A DNA stretch of 64,000 nt, taken from the IMG/VR virus record IMGVR_UViG_3300044701_002726, one strand, 5' to 3'. Position numbers and translations under genes: made by a program. This document shows, piece by piece, positions 8,989-18,810 of this stretch. Source of the stretch: an uncultured virus (IMG/VR IMGVR_UViG_3300044701_002726) (lineage: Duplodnaviria > Heunggongvirae > Uroviricota > Caudoviricetes). Below the pieces are notes generated by a model. It saw only the letters and a list, made by a program, of their open reading frames with translations. It was not told the origin of the DNA and did not search any database. The first letter of the stretch is position 1; every line of letters starts with the position of its first letter.

Positions 8989-10055
8989 TCAGCCACCTCA
9001 GTATTCAGAGCTTCAACATAAATTTCACGCATAATAGTTTTCAACTTTTCAGGTTCCACTTCAAGGGATAAGTTATCAATATACTTAGAAAGAATTGTCA
9101 TCGTATCTTCTGCCTGATCTATTAGTTCTTGATCGTCTTCTAGAATCAGATCATTAAAGTCTTCAACGATAGACAAGTCGGCCACACCAGTTTTGTAAAT
9201 TAAATCTACCACATGATCAAAGAGAAATGGGTTTTGTTTATTGACTACAACAACTTTCACATAGGTATCTTTGAGTGACGAGAAATCATAATTCTTCCAA
9301 GATTCAAAGTCTGTTTTAGTGTCATCATATACTACTTTATTAAACATAGTATTAGTATTCTTCACAAACTGCATCTCTCTTGTTGCCGTATCAAAGATAT
9401 GAAAACCTTTTGGATCATTGTGATCTGCCCATGTCATTTCATATGGTGTACCAACATAGGTAATATTACCGTCTGTAGATTTGTGGTGAAAATGCCCAGA
9501 CAGAACTATATCATACTTGGAAAGAACCTTTTTGTCAAGCCCATGATCACAAACATTGCCTTTATCCATTTCAAAGCCTGCAATCTCAAAGTGACCAAAA
9601 CATATCTCAGACTTTGTTTTTTTCATTTTCTGAAAGATTTCTTTTTCATTCTCGTCACATATCCAAGGTACGATATCAATCGGCACACCATCAAATTCTA
9701 CGGTATCAAAATCATCATAGTATTTGACACACTGGTATTCATTTAACAATAGACCAGTTGAGTTTACCTCAAGAGTATTTTTAAATGCAACATCGTGATT
9801 GCCAAGTAGTGTATGTAGTTTGATGCCAAGAATTTCACAACGATCAAAAAAGTATCTACGGCAGAGATGTAGTGTATTGAAGTTGATGAATTTTCTGCGA
9901 TCAAACAAATCACCCATTTGAAATATAACTTCAATATCATTTGCCTTTATATAAGGAAAAAATATCTCATCATAAAATTTCTTGAAGTAGTTGTGAAAGT
10001 CTAACGAATCGCCTCTAGCTCCAAAGTGACTATCACCGAGTATACAAAGTTTCAT
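8985..10055 (-). CDS. gp47: recombination endonuclease nuclease subunit (Mre11/SbcD-like)
   Basis: DSHFG, GDLFD, GNHD, SGHFH phosphoesterase motifs. Confidence 0.95.
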   Translation of the reverse strand: MKLCILGDSHFGARGDSLDFHNYFKKFYDEIFFPYIKANDIEVIFQMGDLFDRRKFINFNTLHLCRRYFFDRCEILGIKLHTLLGNHDVAFKNTLEVNSTGLLLNEYQCVKYYDDFDTVEFDGVPIDIVPWICDENEKEIFQKMKKTKSEICFGHFEIAGFEMDKGNVCDHGLDKKVLSKYDIVLSGHFHHKSTDGNITYVGTPYEMTWADHNDPKGFHIFDTATREMQFVKNTNTMFNKVVYDDTKTDFESWKNYDFSSLKDTYVKVVVVNKQNPFLFDHVVDLIYKTGVADLSIVEDFNDLILEDDQELIDQAEDTMTILSKYIDNLSLEVEPEKLKTIMREIYVEALNTEVAD

Positions 10056-10233
10056 GTTTTAATTGTGTCTTCAAATGTTCAATTTCTGTTTTTAACTGCA
10101 ACTTCTTTTTCTTCATTGAGGTAACAAGTGCATCATTACCATAATGTTTTTCTTCTTTAATTATTTCGGCATCTAGTTCACGATGTACTTTCTCTAAGTG
10201 TACCAGATGATGTTCAAGTTTTTCTTTATCCAT
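10033..10233 (-). CDS. small coiled-coil protein, DUF465/YdcH-like
   Basis: HRELDAEI...MKKKKLQLKTEI pattern. Confidence 0.6.
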   Translation of the reverse strand: MDKEKLEHHLVHLEKVHRELDAEIIKEEKHYGNDALVTSMKKKKLQLKTEIEHLKTQLKHETLYTR

Positions 10234-10246
10234 AATATTTTCCTAT

Positions 10247-10753
10247 TCATGCTTTTTGTTTCTTTTTGTTTTCTTTTGCTTCTTCAAAGTTATGAATGAA
10301 TTCAGAGATGTTGTCATAAAGTTGAAACTGTTGCATATGGCCATCTGCGTCTTCAAACATTTCCATTTCATCAAATATGCCAAATTGTTCTGTTGCCTTA
10401 TACTTGACATATAGTTGCTTTTTTTCTCTAACTATTCTTCTTAGAAAAGCATAATATATGATTTGAGTAAAATATGCAAATGGATTGTTACTCTTTGCCG
10501 GGTTAAAGTTACGAAAGTACATAAGGCAATTTTCTATACCATCTGAAATCATTTCATCTCTAAAAGAATAGGATACAAAATTTGGTTTACGAGAAAGGTG
10601 ATCAGCTATCTTTAGAAAACATTCACCAATATAATTTGGTATAGGTGGGTCTGGTCTATTCTCTTTTTCAGCTACAGTACATGCCTCTTTGTAATCTATA
10701 AGGGCTTTTAGGAAGTCTGGGTTGTTAATGTAATGATTTGTTTTTCTACTCAT
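10247..10753 (-). CDS. gp55: late transcription sigma factor
   Basis: HYINNPDF, YIGECFLKIA, NPFAYFTQIIYYAFLRRI; synteny with gp47/gp46. Confidence 0.95.
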   Translation of the reverse strand: MSRKTNHYINNPDFLKALIDYKEACTVAEKENRPDPPIPNYIGECFLKIADHLSRKPNFVSYSFRDEMISDGIENCLMYFRNFNPAKSNNPFAYFTQIIYYAFLRRIVREKKQLYVKYKATEQFGIFDEMEMFEDADGHMQQFQLYDNISEFIHNFEEAKENKKKQKA

Positions 10754-10780
10754 GATATAGGCAATCTTGGTTAAATGTTG

Positions 10781-10809
10781 TTGACATGGAGCTTGACAGG
10801 TGTTATAGT
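10781..10809 (+). promoter_or_regulatory. antisense-oriented sigma70 promoter
   Basis: TTGACA-17-TATAGT with TG extension; second TTGACA at 10793-10798. Confidence 0.6.
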
Positions 10810-10829
10810 CTGGGTGTCCCGTTTGAAAA

Positions 10830-11261
10830 TTAATGTAGCTTATTATTCTTTTGCTCTTTCATTATCTCTTGCATTTCTTCTAAAGTTAGTTGTTGTTCTT
10901 CCTCATCGTAGTACTCATCTTCATCTTCTTCATCAGACATCATTAAAGATTCACCAATCTGTTCATCCCCAAGTAGTTCTTCTGTTTGAAAAGCTGCATT
11001 GATATAATAAGAAACAAGTTCATCTCTTGGTTCTACAATAGTAAGAATGTCAGATGCATCAATAATTGCTGAATTCTCTTTAATGAGTTCAACAGGTAAC
11101 CAAGGCATCATCATCATAACAGTTTTACCAGTAGGTAATCTTTTAAAGACAACATGCATTGGCTTATCTAGTAGAACCATATCATTATCTTTATCATCAG
11201 AATAATTTGCAATGATATCTTCACCAGATTGTAGTCGAACTATTTTTATGTTATTTTCCAT
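10830..11261 (-). CDS. conserved T4-like phage protein (Sm-like N-terminus, acidic tail)
   Basis: IKIVRLQSGEDIIA...MMPWLP; located between uvsW and gp55. Confidence 0.65.
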   Translation of the reverse strand: MENNIKIVRLQSGEDIIANYSDDKDNDMVLLDKPMHVVFKRLPTGKTVMMMMPWLPVELIKENSAIIDASDILTIVEPRDELVSYYINAAFQTEELLGDEQIGESLMMSDEEDEDEYYDEEEQQLTLEEMQEIMKEQKNNKLH

Positions 11262-12720
11262 CTTTTAACTCTATGTTGTAAAATTTATAATTGAACTTCT
11301 CTTCATCATAGATTATACACCTAGCAATGAAATGTTTCAAGGTGTAATTGGCATATTTGCCTATACGAAAATCATCTGTGATATCAAATAAAGTTGCTTC
11401 TTCTTTGTTATCACCTTTACGAAGCCCACGACCTATGGACTGAAGATTACGGATACGAGACTTGGAAGGAGAAGCAAAAACAATGTTGTGAAGATTACGA
11501 ATGTTAATACCTGTGCTGAATGTTCCATAAGATGCCACAATGATTGCATTGTTTTCTTTTTCTGTGATTTCTCTGACTGATTCTCTGACTTCGACATCTG
11601 TGCCTCCAAACACAAAAAATACATGTCTTTTACTTGCGGCTTCTTTAATCAATGAGTGTAATTGTCTGCCATGTTTATCTACAAGATTAAACAACACAAG
11701 TGTATTGCCTTCTAAAGAAAGAGTTAAATTCTTAATGAATTCATTTCTTTTAGTGTTACTTACTATGTAGTTAATCTCTGTTTGATAGTCCCATTTCGTT
11801 GCTTGTTTGCAAATTTCTTCTGGGTACTTAAGTATTAAACACTTGATCTTAAAATCTGCCAAATGTTTTTGTTCAATCAATTCTGAAGTTGTTGTTGATT
11901 GATATACAGGCCCAAACAATCCTTCTAGTACGAGTCTATGTGTTTGTGTGCCATCAAGTGTACCTGTTGTGCCAATTCTATACTTGGCATTAGTACAACC
12001 TGTTAGAATAGTGGTAAGTGATTTTGCTTTGAACTGGTGTGCTTCATCACCAAGAACAAAATCGAACTGCTCAAAATAATCAGGATCATTTTTGTAGATA
12101 GATTGCCATGTAGATATAGTAAGAAACTTATCTATCGTGCGATCTTTACCTGAATACAATCTATGGCAATATTCATCTGAATCAAAACCGTATGATGAAA
12201 AATCTTTAAACATCTGTTCAACAAGAGAAGTTGTTGGTACAATCAACAGGCCTTTCTTGTAGTCAGCCTCTAATAGGTATCTTACAATTAGATATATGAT
12301 AAGTGATTTACCTGATGCCGTAGGAGATACGAGCAACATTCTTTTGTTTCTTACAGAATGTACAAAAGATTTTAATTGATAGTCACGAACTTCATGCGGT
12401 ATATTTAATGTATCGATAAATGCTTTTGCTTCAACTAAAGAATAATTTTCAGTAGTTGACACATCAGAATCTATTTCTAATGTGTATTCTCTTTCCTTAC
12501 AAAATTTTTCAACATACGGTACTAATCCAAAATACAAAGTCTGTTCTCGTAATGAAAACAGACGAATGTATCCATCCCACATTTTATTTTTGTATGCAGG
12601 TACAAATTGAAATCCTGGTACTCTAAAAGAAAAGTATTGATGTAACTCTTGAGCAAAATGTTTCTCACATTCTATGCGTATGTAAGACTCATTTATTTTA
12701 TGTAGAACTAAATCTGCCAA
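11251..12720 (-). CDS. uvsW: SF2 DNA helicase UvsW
   Basis: SPTASGKS, DEAH, TGT, QSIGRGLR. Confidence 0.95.
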   Translation of the reverse strand: MADLVLHKINESYIRIECEKHFAQELHQYFSFRVPGFQFVPAYKNKMWDGYIRLFSLREQTLYFGLVPYVEKFCKEREYTLEIDSDVSTTENYSLVEAKAFIDTLNIPHEVRDYQLKSFVHSVRNKRMLLVSPTASGKSLIIYLIVRYLLEADYKKGLLIVPTTSLVEQMFKDFSSYGFDSDEYCHRLYSGKDRTIDKFLTISTWQSIYKNDPDYFEQFDFVLGDEAHQFKAKSLTTILTGCTNAKYRIGTTGTLDGTQTHRLVLEGLFGPVYQSTTTSELIEQKHLADFKIKCLILKYPEEICKQATKWDYQTEINYIVSNTKRNEFIKNLTLSLEGNTLVLFNLVDKHGRQLHSLIKEAASKRHVFFVFGGTDVEVRESVREITEKENNAIIVASYGTFSTGINIRNLHNIVFASPSKSRIRNLQSIGRGLRKGDNKEEATLFDITDDFRIGKYANYTLKHFIARCIIYDEEKFNYKFYNIELKDGK

Positions 12721-13155
12721 TTAAACACCTTGTATAAATTTTTCATACTCTATGAATCCTCTCAATTGATATGTTCTACTATTTAGCTCTTTTATAATGC
12801 TGATGCAAACCTCAACGATTTCTTCATACATAATTTTTTGAGCTTTGTACTTGTTCATATCTTCATCACTATCTAAGTATGTAGTGATATCGGATTTAAG
12901 TACAAAAGGAAATGGTTCCCAACCATACTGTTTCAGTTGAGCATCATCTAATTTGCCAGTATAGTATTCCCACTTTAACTTCTTCATCTTGTTATACTTA
13001 AACTCAGAGTCACGAATTGCTAGACGATAATGAGAAAGTATGTTAAGATATTTACTGTGAAGTTTTGGAATGTCTAGAAGTGCTTTACCTGGTTCAGTAC
13101 GATCAATCTCACTATCTTTACCCCACATCTCTAAAAGTTCATTTAATTTAACCAT
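12721..13155 (-). CDS. uvsY: recombination mediator UvsY
   Basis: IPKLHSKYL, EYYTGK; position upstream of uvsW. Confidence 0.85.
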   Translation of the reverse strand: MVKLNELLEMWGKDSEIDRTEPGKALLDIPKLHSKYLNILSHYRLAIRDSEFKYNKMKKLKWEYYTGKLDDAQLKQYGWEPFPFVLKSDITTYLDSDEDMNKYKAQKIMYEEIVEVCISIIKELNSRTYQLRGFIEYEKFIQGV

Positions 13156-13173
13156 AGTTATCCTCCTATCTAT

Positions 13174-13202
13174 AGGATAACATAAACAATATTAGTTGTC
13201 AA
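13174..13202 (-). promoter_or_regulatory. sigma70 promoter for uvsY
   Basis: TTGACA-17-TATCCT; the -35 overlaps the gp3 stop codon. Confidence 0.6.
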
Positions 13203-13753
13203 GCAGTATTTGCAGTTTCTACTTTTTCTACATCAAACAATGTAAAACGGAATGTTGCATCTGCCGTTATGATAGAATCTGGACTTTCGGTAGTTGAAAC
13301 AACAAATGATGATACCGAAATGGGGAATACATCATAGAATTTGAAACGAATACTTGGCTGATTAGAAGAAGTCAATAAGGTAAGTGTTGCGTCAGAATAT
13401 TGAGGCAATCTTGTGTTGATTGATCTGGCATATGAATTTAATTGAGGCAATGCTTTATATTCATCATAGTTAAATGGGAATGTCATTGCACGAATCCAAT
13501 CGTGTATTTCTTTCCAAGCTGTTAGTTCTTCGTCAACATAGAATGTAATATTCAATACATCGTATACTGGTTTTTCTCCAGGTAAATATATTTCAACAAA
13601 TGGATTTGTTTGAGGCACTTCAGATGTTGCTATACCTGGTACATTTATTGTTTGGCAAAAGAATTGTAAATTTGGCGCTCTTGCGAACGACAAAAGAAAT
13701 TTGTTTGATTGATATAGATTTGGATTTTTTGGATTTCTAACTATTGCTGTCAT
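13199..13753 (-). CDS. gp3: tail completion / tube terminator
   Basis: FFCQTINVPG, F.VDEEL..W.EIHDW, SDATL, FPIS; synteny. Confidence 0.85.
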   Translation of the reverse strand: MTAIVRNPKNPNLYQSNKFLLSFARAPNLQFFCQTINVPGIATSEVPQTNPFVEIYLPGEKPVYDVLNITFYVDEELTAWKEIHDWIRAMTFPFNYDEYKALPQLNSYARSINTRLPQYSDATLTLLTSSNQPSIRFKFYDVFPISVSSFVVSTTESPDSIITADATFRFTLFDVEKVETANTA

Positions 13754-13956
13754 GTAGTTTTCTTTATATGAAGTGCTATGTCTATGATTTGTTCTTGCTC
13801 TATCATAGTTATAATCTTACTTGTTAAACTTATTTCTTGTTGAATGAACAACATCTTCAACTGAAGTTCTTTCAATTGTTGATTATAGAATTCTAGCTCT
13901 TGTTGTTTCCTTGCTCGCATGTCGAGCAAATCTGTTATCATTAGTATCTCGCTCAT
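13750..13956 (-). CDS. hypothetical coiled-coil protein
   Basis: ORF directly after late promoter; ATGA overlap with gp3. Confidence 0.6.
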   Translation of the reverse strand: MSEILMITDLLDMRARKQQELEFYNQQLKELQLKMLFIQQEISLTSKIITMIEQEQIIDIALHIKKTT

Positions 13957-13961
13957 ACCAT

Positions 13962-13969
13962 TATTTATA
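13962..13969 (-). promoter_or_regulatory. T4-type late promoter
   Basis: TATAAATA. Confidence 0.75.
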
Positions 13970-13971
13970 AT

Positions 13972-14002
13972 AAAAAAAGGGAACTATTTCTAGTTCCCTT
14001 TT
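13972..14002 (-). terminator. intrinsic terminator after gp23
   Basis: GGGAACTA-GAAA-TAGTTCCC-TTTTTTT. Confidence 0.9.
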
Positions 14003-14040
14003 AAAGTCTCTTATTGTTATAAGAATAATTTGAGACTGAA

Positions 14041-15396
14041 TTACATTAAGTTTGCAATCTTGAAGCCACGGTAATATACGTTGCTCATAGCACCAAGAGC
14101 GCCAAGACCTTGTGTAGTACCTTCTGCAAATGGGTTGGCAACGAGACCGTAACGAGTCTTGAAACCAATCTTTGGTTGGAAAGTACCTGTATCAACTGCA
14201 CGAACCATTTGCAATGGTACGTATGGGCAGTAGAACATACCAGCGTCATAGGCATTAGAACCTTTGTAACCAACAACTGCGAACTCAGATGTTGCACCAA
14301 CTGGGAAATATGGGTCGATATAAACTTTGATACGACCAAACAATGTACCAGCGTATGTGTTACCTGTATCGTCAACTGTTAGATTAACTTGACCTTGTAG
14401 AGCAGACTGATAATCAAGAATACCAGCCATTGCAAATGCGGAAGCAACATCAGAAGAACAAATCATGATGTTACCTTTCCCTCTACGAGTAAGTTTTGCA
14501 ATTGTGTTTGCTTCTCTTTCGATTTGGAAAGCAAGACCTTTAACTTTTTCAACCATCCAGCGACCATTTGAATCTGTGTCAAGGTTGAAAGTACCGGCAG
14601 TTGTTGTACCTACTTGAGCACCAACTTTGGCAATCTTGTAGATTGTACGAATAACTTCACGGTTGATCTCTGCAAGAATTTCAGAAGAAAGAATATTTGC
14701 GAGTTCTGTTTCAGCGTCAAGACCATGAACTGCCTTAAGGTCTTGTGCGAGTTCCATAGAATACTCAGCCTTAAGAGCACGGGTCTTAGCAGTAACAGTT
14801 ACCTTCTCGATAGAGAAAGCCATCTCATTGAAGTCTGCGGAACCACCAGCAACATCTCCAAGAGATTCAGCAACAGAAGTTGCCATACCAGCACCAGCAG
14901 CAACAGATGCAGATGTAAATGTGTTACCAGAACCTAATGCAGTATTAGCAGCAAGTGCGAGATCAGTCTGTGATGTACCTGCACCAGAGAATACTGTATT
15001 TGCTTCATTGTAGAAGGCTTCAGTATTAGTATTTGCCTGACCGTCGTAACGAGTTCTCATTGCAAAAATAAGTCCTGTTGGACCTGTCATTGGCTGAACG
15101 CCGCAAACATCATAAGCAATAAGATTTGGTAAAGAACGGCGAACTAAAGAAATAAGAATTGGGTCGAAACCTGCAACTGGGCCGTATGCATCAGCAGAAC
15201 CACCAAAACCGCCTGTGCCTACTTGTGATGTTGGACCTGCTTCTGTAAGAATATTAGAAGCTTTCTTCATTTCTACAGCTTGGTTCTCAAGAATAACAGC
15301 TGTAACTGCCTTACGATAAGGGTCAGAAATTTTTGGAAGGTCTGGGTGCTCTAATACACCTTCCCATTTCTTTTGAAGTTGTTCTGAAAGATACAT
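14041..15396 (-). CDS. gp23: major capsid protein
   Basis: GVQPMTGPTGLIFAMR, KAEYSMELAQDLKAVHGLDAETELANILS, FQPKIGFKTRYG. Confidence 0.98.
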   Translation of the reverse strand: MYLSEQLQKKWEGVLEHPDLPKISDPYRKAVTAVILENQAVEMKKASNILTEAGPTSQVGTGGFGGSADAYGPVAGFDPILISLVRRSLPNLIAYDVCGVQPMTGPTGLIFAMRTRYDGQANTNTEAFYNEANTVFSGAGTSQTDLALAANTALGSGNTFTSASVAAGAGMATSVAESLGDVAGGSADFNEMAFSIEKVTVTAKTRALKAEYSMELAQDLKAVHGLDAETELANILSSEILAEINREVIRTIYKIAKVGAQVGTTTAGTFNLDTDSNGRWMVEKVKGLAFQIEREANTIAKLTRRGKGNIMICSSDVASAFAMAGILDYQSALQGQVNLTVDDTGNTYAGTLFGRIKVYIDPYFPVGATSEFAVVGYKGSNAYDAGMFYCPYVPLQMVRAVDTGTFQPKIGFKTRYGLVANPFAEGTTQGLGALGAMSNVYYRGFKIANLM

Positions 15397-15410
15397 AAAA
15401 TACTCCTTAA

Positions 15411-16448
15411 TTAAATTTTAGTTTTAGAAATTGCTTTTGATACTGCGGCAACAAAAGGATCATTGATATTTTTGTTTGCATCTTCAGTATCTTCTACTTG
15501 TTCATGAAGTTGTTCTGCATCTGCTTTTTTAACGCCAGATGGGAAATAGTTTTCACGGATTGTTTCAAGTTTTTCTGCGTACTCTTCCTCTGTGGAAAAC
15601 TCTACACTCTCTGCGAGTGATTTGATTTTTTCAACTTGAGTTGCCGTTAAACCATCACATACTTCATAAGTAATTTGGGATTTGACAGACTCGACAAGAG
15701 CCTTTTTATACTCAACTGCACGCTCAATCTCTTCATTAAGTTTACCTTCAAGTTCTTCAACTTTACCAGCAAGTTCATCAACGAGATCGACTTTTTCAGC
15801 AGGAACATCAATATAATGTTCTGCAAATAGATTACGAAGACCAGCAATAAATTCCTCAGAGAGTTCTGCACGAAGACCTGATTCAATTGCCAATTCGTTT
15901 TCTTTTAACCACTGCTCAACAACATAGTTGAGATAGTCATCAACTTTTTCGGTCAATTCTGTTTTAATTGTTTCTACTGCTTCTTCAAGCATAGAAGCAT
16001 AATCAACTTCTAATTGTTCTTGAATCTGAAGAACTCTGTCATTAACACGAGCTTCAAAAATTGTAGAAACTTTTGATCTGAAATCTTCAGAGATTGTAGA
16101 ATCATCACCAAAGATTGCATCTACATCTTCTTTAATAGAGTTTTGAAACTCTTCTTCAGAATCAATTAATTCTTGATCTTCATCAGTCTCTTCTTCTTCT
16201 TTTCTCAAGTTAGTAGAAGGCATTGCTGAAGATGCATCAGAAGGTTTTGTTGTTGGTGCAGTTGCACTCTTAGCTGCCTTTGTTGTATGAATCTTGTTAG
16301 AATCATCATCAGGTTTGCTATTTTGTGGAGTTGGACCGCCAAGGTCTACAACACCACCTTCTAATTTTTGTGGAGGCATTGCTGTAGCTTTACTCTTGCT
16401 TCCTGCAAGAATTTCTGCTGCTGCTTCCATTAGTTGATTTGTTGCCAT
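15411..16448 (-). CDS. gp22: prohead core scaffold protein
   Basis: Acidic coiled coil, KVDDYLNYVVEQW; synteny. Confidence 0.9.
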   Translation of the reverse strand: MATNQLMEAAAEILAGSKSKATAMPPQKLEGGVVDLGGPTPQNSKPDDDSNKIHTTKAAKSATAPTTKPSDASSAMPSTNLRKEEEETDEDQELIDSEEEFQNSIKEDVDAIFGDDSTISEDFRSKVSTIFEARVNDRVLQIQEQLEVDYASMLEEAVETIKTELTEKVDDYLNYVVEQWLKENELAIESGLRAELSEEFIAGLRNLFAEHYIDVPAEKVDLVDELAGKVEELEGKLNEEIERAVEYKKALVESVKSQITYEVCDGLTATQVEKIKSLAESVEFSTEEEYAEKLETIRENYFPSGVKKADAEQLHEQVEDTEDANKNINDPFVAAVSKAISKTKI

Positions 16449-16470
16449 TAGGATTCTCCTTATGATTTCT

Positions 16471-16478
16471 TATTTATA
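16471..16478 (-). promoter_or_regulatory. T4-type late promoter
   Basis: TATAAATA upstream of gp22. Confidence 0.75.
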
Positions 16479-16481
16479 AAA

Positions 16482-17132
16482 TTAAAGTTTTCTGAGGTAA
16501 TTTTCAAACAGTTTTAGAGCAACTTCTTCGATTTGTTTCTTAGAAGCTCTCTGAATAGTTTTCTTTGCACGGTCATGGTTTGCCTCTACAAATTTACCGT
16601 CAATTAACATCCATTCTTTATTTTCCATGATGCCGTTAACAAAAGCACCAGGTGCAGATGGATCAGCCACAATATCAGCAGCAGTTGCAAGTCTAAGGTC
16701 ATCTTGTACCAAATTATAACCTTCTTTAGTTTGAACAAGAGAACCTAGTGCTCTGGATGAAACACCCACACTTATGTCGTTCTCAATAAAGTTTCTGACA
16801 ATTTGACCATAAGGTGTTTCAAGAATAAGTGCCTTACCAAAAAATGTATTACCATTTTCAGTAAGTGATAGAATTTTGTGTGATACTCTTTCTAGATTGA
16901 GTGAAGGTGTATCTGGGTGACCAAGTTCACCTAATGCACGACCTTCTTTGATATACTCTTCGGTATATCTAGCAACTTCGTTACGCAATGTATCCATTTT
17001 GTACATGCGATTATTCTTGTTGACTCTATCACCAACAAGAAAAGTTCCTTCAATGTAAAGTTTTTTCTTACCGTCTTCTGCTTCTTCGGTAAGATATTTT
17101 ACATTCTCTACTGATTCTCTAATTAGTTTCAT
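16482..17132 (-). CDS. gp21: prohead protease
   Basis: GELGHP, GVSSRALGS, DIVADPSAPGA. Confidence 0.95.
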   Translation of the reverse strand: MKLIRESVENVKYLTEEAEDGKKKLYIEGTFLVGDRVNKNNRMYKMDTLRNEVARYTEEYIKEGRALGELGHPDTPSLNLERVSHKILSLTENGNTFFGKALILETPYGQIVRNFIENDISVGVSSRALGSLVQTKEGYNLVQDDLRLATAADIVADPSAPGAFVNGIMENKEWMLIDGKFVEANHDRAKKTIQRASKKQIEEVALKLFENYLRKL

Positions 17133-17133
17133 T

Positions 17134-17499
17134 TTACATTCCTGTTAGTGATGGGCTGTATGTTGCTGTTTTTGCCAATTGTATAATTAATGTTCCACCT
17201 GAACCAGAATTGGTAATATGAACATTTGATGTAGCACTATTGGCAAAAGAAATATCATATTCATAAAGAACAAAATGTGTTGTGTTCAATAATTCTAAGA
17301 TCAATTCTCCACTAGTGTTATCGCCTCTGTATACTCTCCAAACACCATCTGTTGTTGCAGAGACTTGTGCGATAGCAGCTTCAGTTACAGTTTCAGCTGG
17401 ACTTGCTGCCAATTGTGAGAGTGTAATAGTAGTTGCAGAATTACCTGTAACTCTAATTGTAGATTTAGCTCTAAGAGCATTTAAAATTTCGTATGCCAT
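17134..17499 (-). CDS. hypothetical head-cluster protein
   Basis: Tightly packed ORF between prohead core genes. Confidence 0.6.
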   Translation of the reverse strand: MAYEILNALRAKSTIRVTGNSATTITLSQLAASPAETVTEAAIAQVSATTDGVWRVYRGDNTSGELILELLNTTHFVLYEYDISFANSATSNVHITNSGSGGTLIIQLAKTATYSPSLTGM

Positions 17500-17500
17500 T

Positions 17501-17956
17501 TTACCTTAATCCTATCGAGGCTCTTCTACGCATAGACATCTTTCTCTTCATTAATGTCCTGCGTATTTTTGCTCTCCTTGTTGTTTTCCATGATCGTTTT
17601 AACAGTCTTGCTTTTCTTAATCTTTCAATAGTAGGTATTCTTTTAATTGTATTACCTTTACCTGCTATTCTAAAACCTTTAATACTTGATCTTCTAGCAT
17701 TTTTTTGTACAACAATTCTACCTTTAGCATTCCTACGAATTCTTCTACGAATTCTTTGCACTCTACCCATTTTAACAATGTTTGGATTTCTTTTTGGTGC
17801 AGCTTCAACTATAGTTTCAACTTCTTCAAAGATATCAGCTGCAATATATCTTTTTGCTTCTGCTAATCTTTTTTTCAATATTTCATTTAGATGATTTCTA
17901 ATATCATCTTTTGCTTCTTGTAATTTATTATTTAAAATAAAATCTATAAATTTCAT
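17501..17956 (-). CDS. basic prohead core protein (gp68-like)
   Basis: Arg/Lys-rich C-terminal half; position in head cluster. Confidence 0.6.
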   Translation of the reverse strand: MKFIDFILNNKLQEAKDDIRNHLNEILKKRLAEAKRYIAADIFEEVETIVEAAPKRNPNIVKMGRVQRIRRRIRRNAKGRIVVQKNARRSSIKGFRIAGKGNTIKRIPTIERLRKARLLKRSWKTTRRAKIRRTLMKRKMSMRRRASIGLR

Positions 17957-18801
17957 TTTTTAACTTTACTAAATGCAAAGTCTGCTGCTTTTGCCAAATG
18001 TGCAGGTGATTTATGAACCATATCTGCAAACTTCTTTTTGTTATCATCGTTCAATGCTTTATGAACTTGTGTAATTGCCGATGCAGTATAGTGATCAACT
18101 GATTGAGATTGACCATTACCAAATTTAACTCTTTGTTTTTGTTTATCTGCAACTATCTTATGCAATTGATCCATTACTGCTTCTTCTAACTCAACATTTT
18201 CTACACTTTCAGCCTGAACTGGTGCATCAAGATTTTTATCTGTAGAATAAGGAACACTAAAATACTTATTAATTTTATCACTGTAGTATAATGCTATTCT
18301 TGTATCATTTGGAAACAATCTAATTGCTTTTCTTTTGAGAACTAAAACAAAAGGTGGTTCTATTTGAGATAGTGACTCATCTAGTTCTACTTTATGTAAA
18401 ACTTCTACTTCTTCTTTTTGTTGTTCGTCTTCTTCTCTACCATACTGTTCATCACCAATTTTAATTCTATGTGCTTTATATTTTTTACCTGACTTAGTTG
18501 TTTTATAATCAGAAGTATCTAGCATACTTTCTTCTAATTCTTCACGAACAGCACGGCGAGTTTGTTGAAATATTTGTTTATTATTAGAAATTAAATCAAC
18601 CATTTTATTAAAAAGATTTTGAAGAATCATTCTATCTGCATTGTTGAATACAGGTCTATCTTCTTTCATTTTGTCAAGAATCTTATGAATTCTTTGTAAC
18701 TGTGCTTTGTTTGCAAGCCCAGCACGAACAAGCATATCAAACTTTGCGTAGTCTGATTCTTCTTCTATAATTGGTTGTTTAAATTCTGTTAATGATTTCA
18801 T
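17953..18801 (-). CDS. putative internal head / prohead core protein
   Basis: Several L/I-x-E motifs (LEES, LDES, LEEA); head cluster. Confidence 0.55.
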   Translation of the reverse strand: MKSLTEFKQPIIEEESDYAKFDMLVRAGLANKAQLQRIHKILDKMKEDRPVFNNADRMILQNLFNKMVDLISNNKQIFQQTRRAVREELEESMLDTSDYKTTKSGKKYKAHRIKIGDEQYGREEDEQQKEEVEVLHKVELDESLSQIEPPFVLVLKRKAIRLFPNDTRIALYYSDKINKYFSVPYSTDKNLDAPVQAESVENVELEEAVMDQLHKIVADKQKQRVKFGNGQSQSVDHYTASAITQVHKALNDDNKKKFADMVHKSPAHLAKAADFAFSKVKK

Positions 18802-18810
18802 GTTATTTCT

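Noticed and set aside
10775..11002. 75-aa plus-strand ORF
   Set aside because: It starts upstream of the plus-strand promoter, has no SD, and is antisense to a conserved gene
14005..14037. Imperfect hairpin right after the gp23 stop
   Set aside because: Weak and AT-rich, next to a clear terminator; cannot be supported as a separate element
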